The position numbers were made by a program, and so were the translations under genes. A stretch of 64,000 bases of DNA, from NCBI GenBank assembly GCA_027339965.1, contig DAHWNL010000014.1:32001-96000 (forward strand). The letters are read 5' to 3'. Shown in pieces: positions 39,501 through 48,354 of this stretch (positions are counted from its first letter, which is position 1; each line of letters opens with the position of its first letter). The notes below the pieces were generated by a model. It saw only the letters and a list, made by a program, of their open reading frames with translations, had not been told where the DNA came from and did no database searches. The DNA is from Granulicella sp. Lineage in GTDB: Bacteria > Acidobacteriota > Terriglobia > Terriglobales > Acidobacteriaceae.

Positions 39501-42500
39501 CTGCCGCTCTGGCTGCCGCCTCCAGCGATCGTGGTGATGATATCGGTGGAAGCCGAGACCATGCGCAGGCGGGTTGCGGCTGCGCTGTTGTCCAGAACGT
39601 AGAGGTCGCCGGCTGCGTCCACGGCGAGGCCGGCAGGCTGGGCGAAGGTAGCGCTGGTGGCCGCACCGCCGTCGCCGGAGATCGACCCGCCCTCACCCGG
39701 CGTTCCCGCATCCACCGAGAGAGTGCCGGAGGAGAGTGCCAGCTTCCAGACCACGTAGTTGCCAGTGTCGGCGATATAGAGGTTGCCGCTGGAGTCCAGC
39801 GCCAGGGCGGACGGAGCGTTGATCTGCATGTTCACCGCCATGCCGCTGGGGGCAGTGTATCCGCAGGCTCCGGTTCCGGCGATGGTGTTGATTTCGCCGT
39901 CAGCCGCCGTGATCTCGCGAACCACGCAGGCTGCGGCGTCGGCCACATAGAGGTTGCCGGACCCGTCCACGGTGACCGCGTCCGGCTCCTCAAAGGTCGC
40001 GCCGGTCGCCGGGCCGCCATCTCCGCTGTCTCCTTTGTTGCCGATCGTTCCCGCAACCTTGGTGATGATGCCGGTGACCGCTGATACTTCGCGCAGCACG
40101 TCGTGACCCTGGTCGGCGATGTACAGGTCGCCGGCGCCATCGAGGGCCATGCCCTGAGGAGAGGAGAGCGTGGCCTGGGTGGCTGGGCAGCTATCGCCGA
40201 TGTTGTCGCTGCTGCCCGGGCAGATGGAGCCGCCTCCGGCAAAGAGTGCCGCTGCGCCTCCGTCCTGCGCCAGCTTGACGATCTGGTTGTTTCCGCTGGA
40301 GGAGATATAGAGGTTACCGGCAACATCGGCGGTGAGAGCGCCGGGCGAGCTCAGCCCGCTGCTCAGCAGCGTGGAGAGCGTGCCTGGCTCCAGGGCCGCT
40401 TCGGCGCCCATCCCGACACCGCTGATGTACGCCGTGTTCAAAAGCGCGTTGCCGCTGCCGAAGATCTCCACCGCGCCCAGGCGCAGGCCCGGAGCCTTGG
40501 GAGAAAAATTGACGGTGACTGTGCAGCTCGATGGAGAAGAGTAAGTGCCTGCACAGGTTTTGCTGGCCAGGGTGAAGTCCAGGTTGGGAATCCCCTCGGT
40601 GACAACAGCTACGCCGGTGATCGCTGTTCCGCTGCTGACGCCGAAGGAGATCGTGCCTGTGCCCAGGGTGGGCGCGCCCACCGGGGTGTTGGGTAAGGTG
40701 GTCATCGTTGGACTGGTGACCGTGTTGGGCGGAGCGGCGAGCGTGCTGATGATCAGAGTCTGCGTTGCGCTGCTGGAGAAGGCGCTGCTGGAGGCTGCCG
40801 CGTCCACCACCGCCTGGCTGGTGGCCGGCGCGTTGGCGGTGACGGTGACGGCGACCGTGACGGAGTCGGTCGCTCCCGCATCGATCGGATGCATCAGGGT
40901 GCAGCCCAGCGTCGCCACACTGCAGCTCCAGCCCCCGCTGGGGTCGATCATGGAGACCGCGTTCATGCCGCTGGGCAGCGTGATGTTCAGCGTCACCGTA
41001 GGATAAGTGGTGATTGCGGTGCTGTTGGGGTTGTAGACCGAGAAGGTGAGCGTTCCGTCCGTCTCGCCGTCGGTAAATGTGACGGGAGTGCTGGTCGAGC
41101 CGGGCGAGTCGGCGGAGATGGTGACCCCAGGCGGGGTCAGGGTGGGTACAGCGAAGCTCATCATGTTGAAGAGGCTGTACTCCAGCATCAGCTCCTGAGG
41201 GCTCATCGGGCTACTCTTGGCGCGGTCCGATGCGCTATCGTCGATGCACTCATTGGGGAAGACCGTGGAAGCGCTCTCTTTGGCATTGTCGACGTGATAC
41301 TCGTTGTACATCACCTGCCCAAACTGAGAACAGCCGTCCGAGCAGACCGGGGCGTAGAACGAGAGTTGCATGACGTCGCCGTAGGTTGTATCCGTGGCCC
41401 AGGAGAGAGTGTTATACGCCTTGTCGACGCCGGACTGATTGTTCCAGACGTAGTTGAGCGTGGTGGACCCTTGCTGGGTTGTGGCCTTCAGGTTCTGGAG
41501 CCACTCCGCGAGCGCGGCTCCGTTGGGGAAGCTCTGGTCGATGGTTACCGGGACATTGGTTGTGTTGCTATAGGGACCGGTGTCACCGTTGTTCCAGTTC
41601 TCCGCAGCCAGCGCGGTGTTATAGACGATGCTGTCCTGGCTCGAACTCACGTTGTCCGGATTGTCGATGTAGAAGGCGCTATGATGCGTGGCGAAGATCC
41701 GTCCGCCCGAGTTGATGAACCCGGCGGCGTTGGTCTCCCCCTGAAGACTCGTATAGTTCGTGGGATAGGCCTGGCAGGGCAGCAAAAGCACGTTGTAGTC
41801 GTCGGCAAACAGACCGGAGCCCGTGGCGACGGCCGTTCCGCTTCCCGTGCCCATCAGGTAGCTCTCCAGATGCGATGGACTCACTGCCTGCGTGGACGTG
41901 TAGTAGCTTGGCGCCGAGACGCCGGAGTTGCCGATGCCATTGTAGAGATTGACCCGCCCGGTGGGTCCGGCGGAGGGATCGGAGCTGGTGCTGTTGATGC
42001 CCACGCTCAGGTCCGTGAACTCGGAGTCGCTGATGCCCGCCTTGCGCAGGGTACACTCCAGCGCGTCTATCTCGCCGGTCACCAGGGCGATGTGCGGGAT
42101 GTCACCCTCCCCCTGGTTGCGCGCAAAGCGAACCGTGGTCGGCTCGCCATAACCGCTCAGCGACGAGCTTCCGCCCTGGGTGACGTTGCTGGAGCTGAGC
42201 CCGGATGGCTCGGTCTCCGTCGCTCCGACGGCGGTGGTCAAGGGCGGGCTGGCTGGAGCCGAGAACAGAGCCGTATTGCCGCAGGCGGTCACCTGAGCGA
42301 TGACAAACTGACGCCGCCAGCGGCCAGACTGAATCACCAGCGGAACATTGCTTCCAGCCGGAACGTCGGAGAGGGTGAAGGAGCCGTTGATTCCGGTGGT
42401 GGTCTGCACCAGCGGCGAGCCGCTCACCAGGTTGGCGTAGCTGTCCAGTACGGGATTCGCCGTGTTCACTCCGTCGGTAAAGGGCTGGACGGCGGTTCCA

Positions 42501-42736
42501 GGAATGTATACGAGAATGTTGGGGAGGGGGTTGATCCCGGCTGGATCATAGACGGTGCCGCTGATGGTCGTGGTCTCCCCGGCGGGACAGACCACCTGCG
42601 CGTAGGTGGATTGAGCCCGGGCAGGAGCAGGTCCCGGCAGCAGAGCCAGAGGCAGCGCCGCCGCCAGGAATGGCCGCCAACGGACATCCCGGAGCGCAAG
42701 ACGCTGAGCGGATTTACGAATCCACGGATCTCGCAT
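36593..42736 (-). CDS. Large secreted multi-domain surface protein: carboxypeptidase-regulatory-like domain, uncharacterised N-terminal domain, NHL-repeat propeller, multiple Ig-like/MBG domains, C-terminal TM hairpin with lipobox
   Basis: 2047-aa Ser/Thr/Gly-rich ORF with signal peptide (..ARAQ), NHL repeats (GDLYIAD, GNLYVAD, GDGGPATGA), repeated AGxYTVTAT Ig strands, and a C-terminal hydrophobic pair ending LSGC. Confidence 0.85.
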   Translation of the reverse strand: MRDPWIRKSAQRLALRDVRWRPFLAAALPLALLPGPAPARAQSTYAQVVCPAGETTTISGTVYDPAGINPLPNILVYIPGTAVQPFTDGVNTANPVLDSYANLVSGSPLVQTTTGINGSFTLSDVPAGSNVPLVIQSGRWRRQFVIAQVTACGNTALFSAPASPPLTTAVGATETEPSGLSSSNVTQGGSSSLSGYGEPTTVRFARNQGEGDIPHIALVTGEIDALECTLRKAGISDSEFTDLSVGINSTSSDPSAGPTGRVNLYNGIGNSGVSAPSYYTSTQAVSPSHLESYLMGTGSGTAVATGSGLFADDYNVLLLPCQAYPTNYTSLQGETNAAGFINSGGRIFATHHSAFYIDNPDNVSSSQDSIVYNTALAAENWNNGDTGPYSNTTNVPVTIDQSFPNGAALAEWLQNLKATTQQGSTTLNYVWNNQSGVDKAYNTLSWATDTTYGDVMQLSFYAPVCSDGCSQFGQVMYNEYHVDNAKESASTVFPNECIDDSASDRAKSSPMSPQELMLEYSLFNMMSFAVPTLTPPGVTISADSPGSTSTPVTFTDGETDGTLTFSVYNPNSTAITTYPTVTLNITLPSGMNAVSMIDPSGGWSCSVATLGCTLMHPIDAGATDSVTVAVTVTANAPATSQAVVDAAASSSAFSSSATQTLIISTLAAPPNTVTSPTMTTLPNTPVGAPTLGTGTISFGVSSGTAITGVAVVTEGIPNLDFTLASKTCAGTYSSPSSCTVTVNFSPKAPGLRLGAVEIFGSGNALLNTAYISGVGMGAEAALEPGTLSTLLSSGLSSPGALTADVAGNLYISSSGNNQIVKLAQDGGAAALFAGGGSICPGSSDNIGDSCPATQATLSSPQGMALDGAGDLYIADQGHDVLREVSAVTGIITKVAGTIGNKGDSGDGGPATGATFEEPDAVTVDGSGNLYVADAAACVVREITAADGEINTIAGTGACGYTAPSGMAVNMQINAPSALALDSSGNLYIADTGNYVVWKLALSSGTLSVDAGTPGEGGSISGDGGAATSATFAQPAGLAVDAAGDLYVLDNSAAATRLRMVSASTDIITTIAGGGSQSGSQSNSGIPATQAALTPGGGVALDAAGDLYLTATSEGSLEEIASTAATMPFPTPTPVGSTDTTDGVETVTLTDIGNQDLKAVKPGIAASDSTDFVQQAGANSACSTSFSLGFGLGCALSYEFAPQTPGSLTSTVTLTDNSYQAALNSLPSFQQTAFLSGSSGMDATATTVVVPEQPTFSTSPQSVTLSATVTDTTNSSTTVNAGTFTFKVFNGGNLIGSAVSNIPVSNGAASTSYTIPAGAAAGGYTVTAVYSGATNLVASTSATATLTISPAPGTLTITGPTSGIYGGSATVTFSGSYYGTPTLSSSTPSVCTASGATVAYVGVGTCAVTASSSEGGNYLAVTSAPFSISVSAATPTLTLSPTNPASTTYGASTTLSVTVAYSGSTPSTETVSISAGGVSAPATCSPASKSLVTCTASVPPASLTASTTPYTVTATIAAAGDYGTATSANGSLTVNQATATVTVGSSTQTYTGAPVSVTATTNPGNLPVTLTYTGTGGTAYPASPTPPTNAGTYTVTATVNSTNYTGTATGVITIAKATPTILWAAPAAIAYGTALSSTQLDASASFNNASVAGTYVYSPAAGAVPSVGQQTLNVSFTPSNAADYNPATGSTTLTVNQATAAITLGNLVQIYSGSPLSATATTNPTGIGVRITYSGNVSPPVAAGSYPVTATVTNSDYTGSTTGTLIIQPATPAINLTGAPSSTLATSPVNFSVSVVSTVGTPTGTVTLMDGTTALGTSALTGGIASFSTSSLPPGADTITAVYGGSTDYLALSSAPITEDLIDFRLAPTGSTGAMQTVLPKVAATFQVAVIPNIGTSLPEASLLSVTGLAPDGTVTLNTQPWTKITATSWQIPANIKLNPLSFTFNVPVQDLIQTSRLHSRERAGGGQPVVWAIFLLPLALTLRRSARKFSQKIALLLILAAGIALSATLSGCGDNVAFPIDPQTYNITVTLTCGPLTHSTVLTLAVK

Positions 42737-43239
42737 GGTTACTAAAGAAGAAACTTTAGTGTTTATCGGCGGACTCGGCTTTGAAGATCGATTTGGGATC
42801 GTCAGGCAACAGCGGACAGTCTCTTCCCCCTGAGTTCGCTCGGAGGCCGGTCGCTGCCGACCCCAAGGCCGGGGTCCGGGAGTGGGTGGACTCCAGAGCC
42901 GGCCAGTCTCTCGATCGATGTCTTCAACTTATGTATTTTGAGGAGGTTGCCCGTCGACGGGCAGGTGAGGTCGCGTTCGCGCGCAGGGCGTTCTCCCGGG
43001 CGAGGCGAGATCCAGCAGCCAGATGGGGTCCAGGAGCCAGGTTGAAGATACACCCGCCGTAAGATCTTCCAGGCGTCCCGTAACGCAACACAAGCGACAA
43101 GACGGGCTGCCGATCAGCACCGGAGGTGGAGGCAGCGCTTGAAGCTGGGTCGAGGGCGTGAGCGTCGATCCGCTGCGCCTCGGGCGCGCTCTCCAGCTGT
43201 GTCTGGGCGGGATGATGGTGGGGTTCTGCAGGTCCCGGC

Positions 43240-43689
43240 TCAGCGCCGGTCTTTGCGGGATGCGCGAACAAAGTTGCTTACCGCGAAGTAGGCAAAGGCC
43301 AGCGAGGCTGCACCAAGCAGATAGAACCTCTCGGCCAGGTGCGAGTATGGCGGCAGGCGCAGGGCGGCGCGCTGCTGCCAGACCCCCTGGAGCAGGAAGA
43401 GCGACATCATGGCGAAAAGCAGCCCGGTAACCTGCAACCATACCACGCTGGAGAACCGCGCCAGGGGGGACCAGAGGGAGCGCCCCAGATGCTTGACCTC
43501 GCGGGCCGACGGAACCACCGAAGGCTTGGCCGGAGGAGGCGCGGGGCTGGGCGCCGTTGGCTTGACCGGGGGCGCAGTGGAAGAGGTTGCCGCGGAGGGC
43601 GCGCGAGCTGCGTCCGCAGCCAGCAGCAGCGTCTTCGCCGCGTGGCGAGCGCCGTATCCCAGTGCGCGACCGAATCGAACCCTGTCCAT
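43240..43689 (-). CDS. Hypothetical membrane protein
   Basis: MDRVRFGRALGYGAR, Pro-rich linker, two C-terminal TM segments. Confidence 0.7.
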   Translation of the reverse strand: MDRVRFGRALGYGARHAAKTLLLAADAARAPSAATSSTAPPVKPTAPSPAPPPAKPSVVPSAREVKHLGRSLWSPLARFSSVVWLQVTGLLFAMMSLFLLQGVWQQRAALRLPPYSHLAERFYLLGAASLAFAYFAVSNFVRASRKDRR

Positions 43690-43863
43690 AACGCTACCAG
43701 TGTAAGGGAATTGGAGTTTTGGCTCCTACTGCCGATGATCATGTCGACAGATTCCGAAACTTGGCGGCGATCTATCGGGGGTTCATGCGTCCAATTCAGA
43801 GACGGCCTCCGGTGTGTCGGATAATGTCTTTATGCAGAGCAAAGGGAAGGGAGCGGCGAAGGG

Positions 43864-44004
43864 ATGAAGAAGGTAATCTGGTTTATCGGGGGAGCAGCGG
43901 CTGCTGCCGCCGGCTTCCTGGTGTGGAGCAGGAAGCTGCGGCCGATTCACGAGTCTGCTTACTATCTGGATGAGGAAGTCTCCGAGGACGCCACCTTCGT
44001 TTAG
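43864..44004 (+). CDS. Small protein (46 aa) with one N-terminal TM helix
   Basis: MKKVIWFIGGAAAAAAGFLVWSRKLRPIHESAYYLDEEVSEDATFV*. Purine-rich RBS upstream. Below the ORF-track length cutoff. Confidence 0.6.
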   Translation: MKKVIWFIGGAAAAAAGFLVWSRKLRPIHESAYYLDEEVSEDATFV

Positions 44005-44293
44005 ACAGCTCGCAGCTTGAAGGGTGCCCGCGGCCCGGGCGGACAGCTTTGCGGTGCGGCCTGGTCTGCCGGCATCTTCCCTGATTCGGCGTGGCCGGCG
44101 CACTTGGCTTCCACAGCGTCATCGGCGTACTCTTTGGAGTAGCAAAGAAGGTTACCCGCAACTGCCGTTCCCTCCCAAACTCCAGCGTGGCAGGGAATAC
44201 CCAATGCGTGGGATGGGCATTCCGGCATATTGCAGCAAAGGGAAGCAGGCCGCTCCATGGGTCGCCTGTTTCCCCGGCGACGGGGAGGTGGCA

Positions 44294-44614
44294 TTGAACC
44301 AGCAGGTCAAGGATCTTATCCAGAAGCTAGGAGAGGCGATTCACGAATCGGTGAGCGAGTCCGATCAGATCTCGGGCGTCGTCCGCGAGATTCGCGAGCA
44401 GGGCTTTGATGTACTGTTGATGCTCGAGGCGACCATCGGCCTGAATGAAGTGGAACCTGATTCGGAACCGGCCTCTGCCGAGGGGGAAGGGGAGACTGAG
44501 GACGGCCCCTTCACTCGCAGTGATCGCAGCTTCCTGAGATCGCTGCGTATCTCGACGGAGGATCAGGGTGCTGCGCCGGGGGATAGCGGCGAGGCAGAGA
44601 ACCCGCATTCCTGA
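44294..44614 (+). CDS. Hypothetical acidic protein
   Basis: GGGGAGG RBS then TTG; MNQQVKDLIQKLGEAIHESVSES...LMLEATIGL...DRSFLRSLRIS. Confidence 0.7.
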   Translation: MNQQVKDLIQKLGEAIHESVSESDQISGVVREIREQGFDVLLMLEATIGLNEVEPDSEPASAEGEGETEDGPFTRSDRSFLRSLRISTEDQGAAPGDSGEAENPHS

Positions 44615-44755
44615 GCAATCCTCGAAGCAACTGGACTCTCGATTTGTCAAGGATTTCCCTGCGCTGATACCCTCAGGCTTCATGGATGCACGAAGCTGCA
44701 TCCGATCTGAGTGTGGGCGATGTTGCATCGCCAAGCCTTGGGAGGACTCTGGAAT

Positions 44756-46006
44756 ATGAGAGACACGTTAGGCGTATTGCTGGCAGGCGGCGCTGGAGAG
44801 CGGCTTTTCCCTCTGACTCGCGATCGCGCCAAACCTGCGGTTCCGTTCGCCGGCCAGTACCGGATCATCGATATTACCCTCTCCAATTGCATCAACTCGG
44901 ATCTTCGTCAGGTCTACATTCTCACCCAGTACAAGGCTCTCTCTCTCAATCGCCATATCCGCGAGGGCTGGGGAGCTGTTGTGGCCAGCGAGTTGGGCGA
45001 GTTCATTGAGATCCTGCCGCCGATGCAGCGAGTCTCCAAGAGCTGGTATCAGGGAACCGCGGATGCCGTGTTTCAGAATATCTACTCGATCGGCTCGGAA
45101 GAGCCGCGTTATGTCCTGATCCTCTCTGGGGATCATATCTACAAGATGAACTATGCGCTGATGCAGAAGCAGCACGCAGAATCCGGCGCTGACGTGACCA
45201 TCGCCACCCTGCCCGTGATGCCCAGTCAGGTGGCCGAGTTCGGGGTGGTGGAAGTGAATGCCGACGGGGGTGTGGTTGGCTTTGTTGAGAAGCCCAAGGC
45301 CACGAAGATCCGTTCTCCCTTCAACCCCGAGATGGTGGACGTCTCCATGGGCATCTACCTCTTCAACACCTCTGTGCTTTTGCCCGAACTGGTTCGGGAC
45401 GCGGAGGCGCCCGACTCGCACCACGACTTCGGTCATGACATCCTGCCCAAGCTCCTGGGACGCTACAAGGTGAACGCCTACAACTTTGTGGATGAGAACA
45501 AGCAGCGCGCCCTCTACTGGCGCGATGTGGGTACGCTGGATGCGTATTATGAGGCGAACATGGACGTCGCCGCAGTGGCTCCTGTGTTCAATCTCTATGA
45601 CAAGTCCTGGCCCATGCGCTCGCGGGCTTACCAGTATCCGCCGGCCAAGTTCGTCTTTGGCGAACCGGGGCGCACGGGGATGGCCATCAACTCCATCGTC
45701 AGCGCTGGTTGCATCATCTCCGGCGCGGTCATCCGCGGCTCGGTGCTCTCCCATGACGTCCGGGTGAACAGCTACGCCGACATTGACTCCAGCATCGTCT
45801 TTTCGCATAGCAACATCGGACGCCACTGCCGGATCCGCCACGCGATCATCGATCGCGACGTTTACCTGCCCGATGGCACCGTCATTGGATATGACGCCAA
45901 TGAGGATAAGAAACGCTACTTTGTCACCGCCAGCGGCCTGACGGTGGTCACCCGCGACTACTCGGGTTATGAGAATCCGGTGTCTCCGGAGTTCTTGCGG
46001 CATTAA
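44756..46006 (+). CDS. glgC: Glucose-1-phosphate adenylyltransferase
   Basis: LAGGAGERLFPLTRDRAKPAVPF, WYQGTADA, SGDHIYKM, FVEKP, DFGHD, YWRDVGT, PPAKF. Confidence 0.96.
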   Translation: MRDTLGVLLAGGAGERLFPLTRDRAKPAVPFAGQYRIIDITLSNCINSDLRQVYILTQYKALSLNRHIREGWGAVVASELGEFIEILPPMQRVSKSWYQGTADAVFQNIYSIGSEEPRYVLILSGDHIYKMNYALMQKQHAESGADVTIATLPVMPSQVAEFGVVEVNADGGVVGFVEKPKATKIRSPFNPEMVDVSMGIYLFNTSVLLPELVRDAEAPDSHHDFGHDILPKLLGRYKVNAYNFVDENKQRALYWRDVGTLDAYYEANMDVAAVAPVFNLYDKSWPMRSRAYQYPPAKFVFGEPGRTGMAINSIVSAGCIISGAVIRGSVLSHDVRVNSYADIDSSIVFSHSNIGRHCRIRHAIIDRDVYLPDGTVIGYDANEDKKRYFVTASGLTVVTRDYSGYENPVSPEFLRH

Positions 46007-46060
46007 GTCTCCCTGAGGTCGATTCTCCACGGCAAAGCTCTTCTCGCCGGAGGCTGGCAA

Positions 46061-46440
46061 ATGAAAACGCCGGCAACATCGAAGTGTCTTTCGTCGGAAG
46101 TGTCTTTCGTCGCGGGATTGGGTCCGATCTTTCGGGAGCCGGCCGCCGGTTCCCTGCGCACGGGAGCGTTGGATGGCGGGAAGCATTTTGCGCTTTGGCC
46201 GTTGGCGCAGGCCGCGGAGTCCTGCTGTGGGGCGGATCAATGGTCCGACAGTCTTCTCGTACCTCAGGCGTGGCTGCAATTTGACGCGGCGGATCCTGAA
46301 GCCGCGACCGCAGAATGGAAGGCGCAGGGATACCAGTTGCTGGTTGCCCCGCGCTAGGTCTGCGGGGCCAGAGCCGCTGGGGCCAGGCCGTCACGCGGTT
46401 GCTGCGTCGCGAGGGCTGTTCGGTCCCTATCTTCTATGCC
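46061..46440 (+). pseudogene. VOC/glyoxalase-family gene, degraded
   Basis: FVAGLGPI, FALWPLAQAAESC, PQAWLQFD, then an in-frame TAG at 46355-46357 and WGQAVTRLL..EG in another frame. Also a 16-bp tandem duplication at 46081-46112 and an apparent internal deletion. Confidence 0.7.
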
Positions 46441-47263
46441 CGAAGCGCCAGTCCAGGCCCAGAGAGATGGAGAAGAAGTACTTGGTATTGGTTCCGAAGT
46501 GGTCCATGGAGAGGGTTGGCTGCAGGCGTATCGCAAAGTCCTTGCTCTGGTTGAAGTCAAAGCTGCTGCCGGCGGCGGCGTAGGGGGCCAGATGGTTGCA
46601 GTACAAGAGCAGGTTCCCTACCTGGCCCGGTTGCTGCTGCGCCGGGCAGGCGCTCACCGGACTGCCTCCGGGGTAGTTTTGCACGGCGTGGTTGAAGATG
46701 CCGTAGCCTCCGCCTCCCAGCCCCAGGAAGTTGACCGCCACGTAACGGTTCCGGAGGGCTCGATACTCCAAGCCTCCGGTGAAGAGATACTCCATGATGG
46801 TCACGCGGTTGTAAAAGGGACTGATGACCGGAGTGGTTCCAGCGCCGAACCGGAAGTCCGTCGCCAGTGCGAATCGGCCATTCAGCCAGTAAGCCAGCAT
46901 GCCTTCGGCGCCGCCCATATTAAAGCGCACGGGGATGGTCTGTCCCGCCTGTCCATTCATGAACATCAAACCGCCGTAAAGATCCCAGCGATTGTCATAC
47001 TTGGGCCCCGTATAGGGAGCCAGCGCCGCCGCTGTCTCCTCGGACATGGGAGCGGTTCCGGGGGCGGTAGTAGGGTTCTGGGTCTGGCTGGCTGAGGAGC
47101 TGTTGGATGGAGCGTTCGAACTTTGGGCCAGCGCCTGGGGCCCGCCAAGGCCGGCGGCAGCGACCAGCACCCATCCAAGGATCATGCTCAACATGGTTAT
47201 GCAAGCCACCTTGCGGAACTGGCCAGGGGCGGTGTCTGGGATCTTCGTCATCAATTGCAGCAT
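46427..47263 (-). CDS. Putative outer-membrane beta-barrel protein
   Basis: Signal peptide ending ALAQ, alternating amphipathic strands, C-terminal FSISLGLDWRF. Start uncertain. Confidence 0.7.
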   Translation of the reverse strand: MLQLMTKIPDTAPGQFRKVACITMLSMILGWVLVAAAGLGGPQALAQSSNAPSNSSSASQTQNPTTAPGTAPMSEETAAALAPYTGPKYDNRWDLYGGLMFMNGQAGQTIPVRFNMGGAEGMLAYWLNGRFALATDFRFGAGTTPVISPFYNRVTIMEYLFTGGLEYRALRNRYVAVNFLGLGGGGYGIFNHAVQNYPGGSPVSACPAQQQPGQVGNLLLYCNHLAPYAAAGSSFDFNQSKDFAIRLQPTLSMDHFGTNTKYFFSISLGLDWRFGHRR

Positions 47264-47552
47264 CTTCCTCGTGGGCGGCGCTCAAGCGAGCGGCGCGTTC
47301 GTTTCGGCTTGCGGGCCTGGGTGAATCCGCGATGAGCCTTGTATCTCTCCAAGGATATACTGTCTTATGCCGGTTCCATCTCAAGATCTCCGCTTTGCGG
47401 TCGGATCCTGCCCCCAGGTTTCGCGGGTGGCGGGAGACAAGGCGGGGGCAAGACGGGCAGGGTCGGCCCGGCAGCGGACATTTCCGGCTTGTCGTGCGAC
47501 AATGAAACCGTCACCCGCTTCCGAGCAGAGGTGACAGCAGGGAGATTCTCGT

Positions 47553-47786
47553 ATGGGCGATCTATTGCAACCATGGCACATCATTCTTCTGGTAGTGCTC
47601 GCCGTTCTTCTCTTTGGCGGCAAGAAATTGCCTGAACTGGGCAAGGGCCTCGGAGAAGGTCTGCGTGGCTTCAAGGAAGGCATGAAGGGGATCAACGAGG
47701 AGATCAAGGCAGACGCCAAGCCCGCCGAATCGGCGCGAATTGCCCCCCCCAAGGCCGACGAGGCGACAAAGCCGCCGGTGGCGTAG
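47553..47786 (+). CDS. tatA: Twin-arginine translocase TatA/TatE subunit
   Basis: ILLVVLAVLLFGGKKLPELGKGLGEGLRGFK. Confidence 0.95.
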   Translation: MGDLLQPWHIILLVVLAVLLFGGKKLPELGKGLGEGLRGFKEGMKGINEEIKADAKPAESARIAPPKADEATKPPVA

Positions 47787-48354
47787 AGTCCACGGCTGAT
47801 TGCAGATCCATCGCCAATCCGCGGCCAGGAGCAGAGCCTTGGCTGAGACAAGATCAACAGCTTCCAACTCATCCACGAGTCTTCCAATTGTCCTCTGGGG
47901 CTGCCCTCGCGGGCTTCCTACGAGTGGCCCGTTCCCTAAAGTCTGATATCTCTCTCCGCCGCCTGCGGCTTGGGTTGCATGAGCCCGGCCTTGGGCGAGC
48001 GTCCTGGATGGGCGAGTCCGGAGGATCGCGGGGGTTCTGAGGATCCCGGATTCCGAGGATCCCGGATTCGGCATGAATTAAGATCCCGCACTCAAGATCA
48101 AGCCGCCCCCGCTCCTGAGCCGGCGACGGAAGGGGGACCTCCCAGGCATAGCCACAGCCTTTCCGTGTGGATGGCTCGCCGCAAGCAGGCTTGCGGCGAC
48201 GTGTTGCGTCCATCCCGGCAGGCAAGCCTGCTGGGAACCCGAGGAGTTGGCGAGAATCTGATAAAGATCCGGGCATTGGGACACCTTTGCGCGGGAGAAG
48301 GCGCACGAGGAAAGGGCTTGAGCGGCTCTGGAGACATTGGCCCTGCGGCGAGCG

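Noticed and set aside
10028..46440. Systematic sequencing indels as the sole cause of the frameshifts
   Set aside because: Housekeeping genes and the 6.1-kb ORF are intact, and the lesions cluster in accessory genes and include substitutions, deletions and duplications. Not fully excluded without reads.
47790..48350. Possible gene remnant or ncRNA in the 560-bp spacer after tatA
   Set aside because: Short ORFs lack RBS and motifs, and I could not support a fold beyond the 16-bp duplication already reported.
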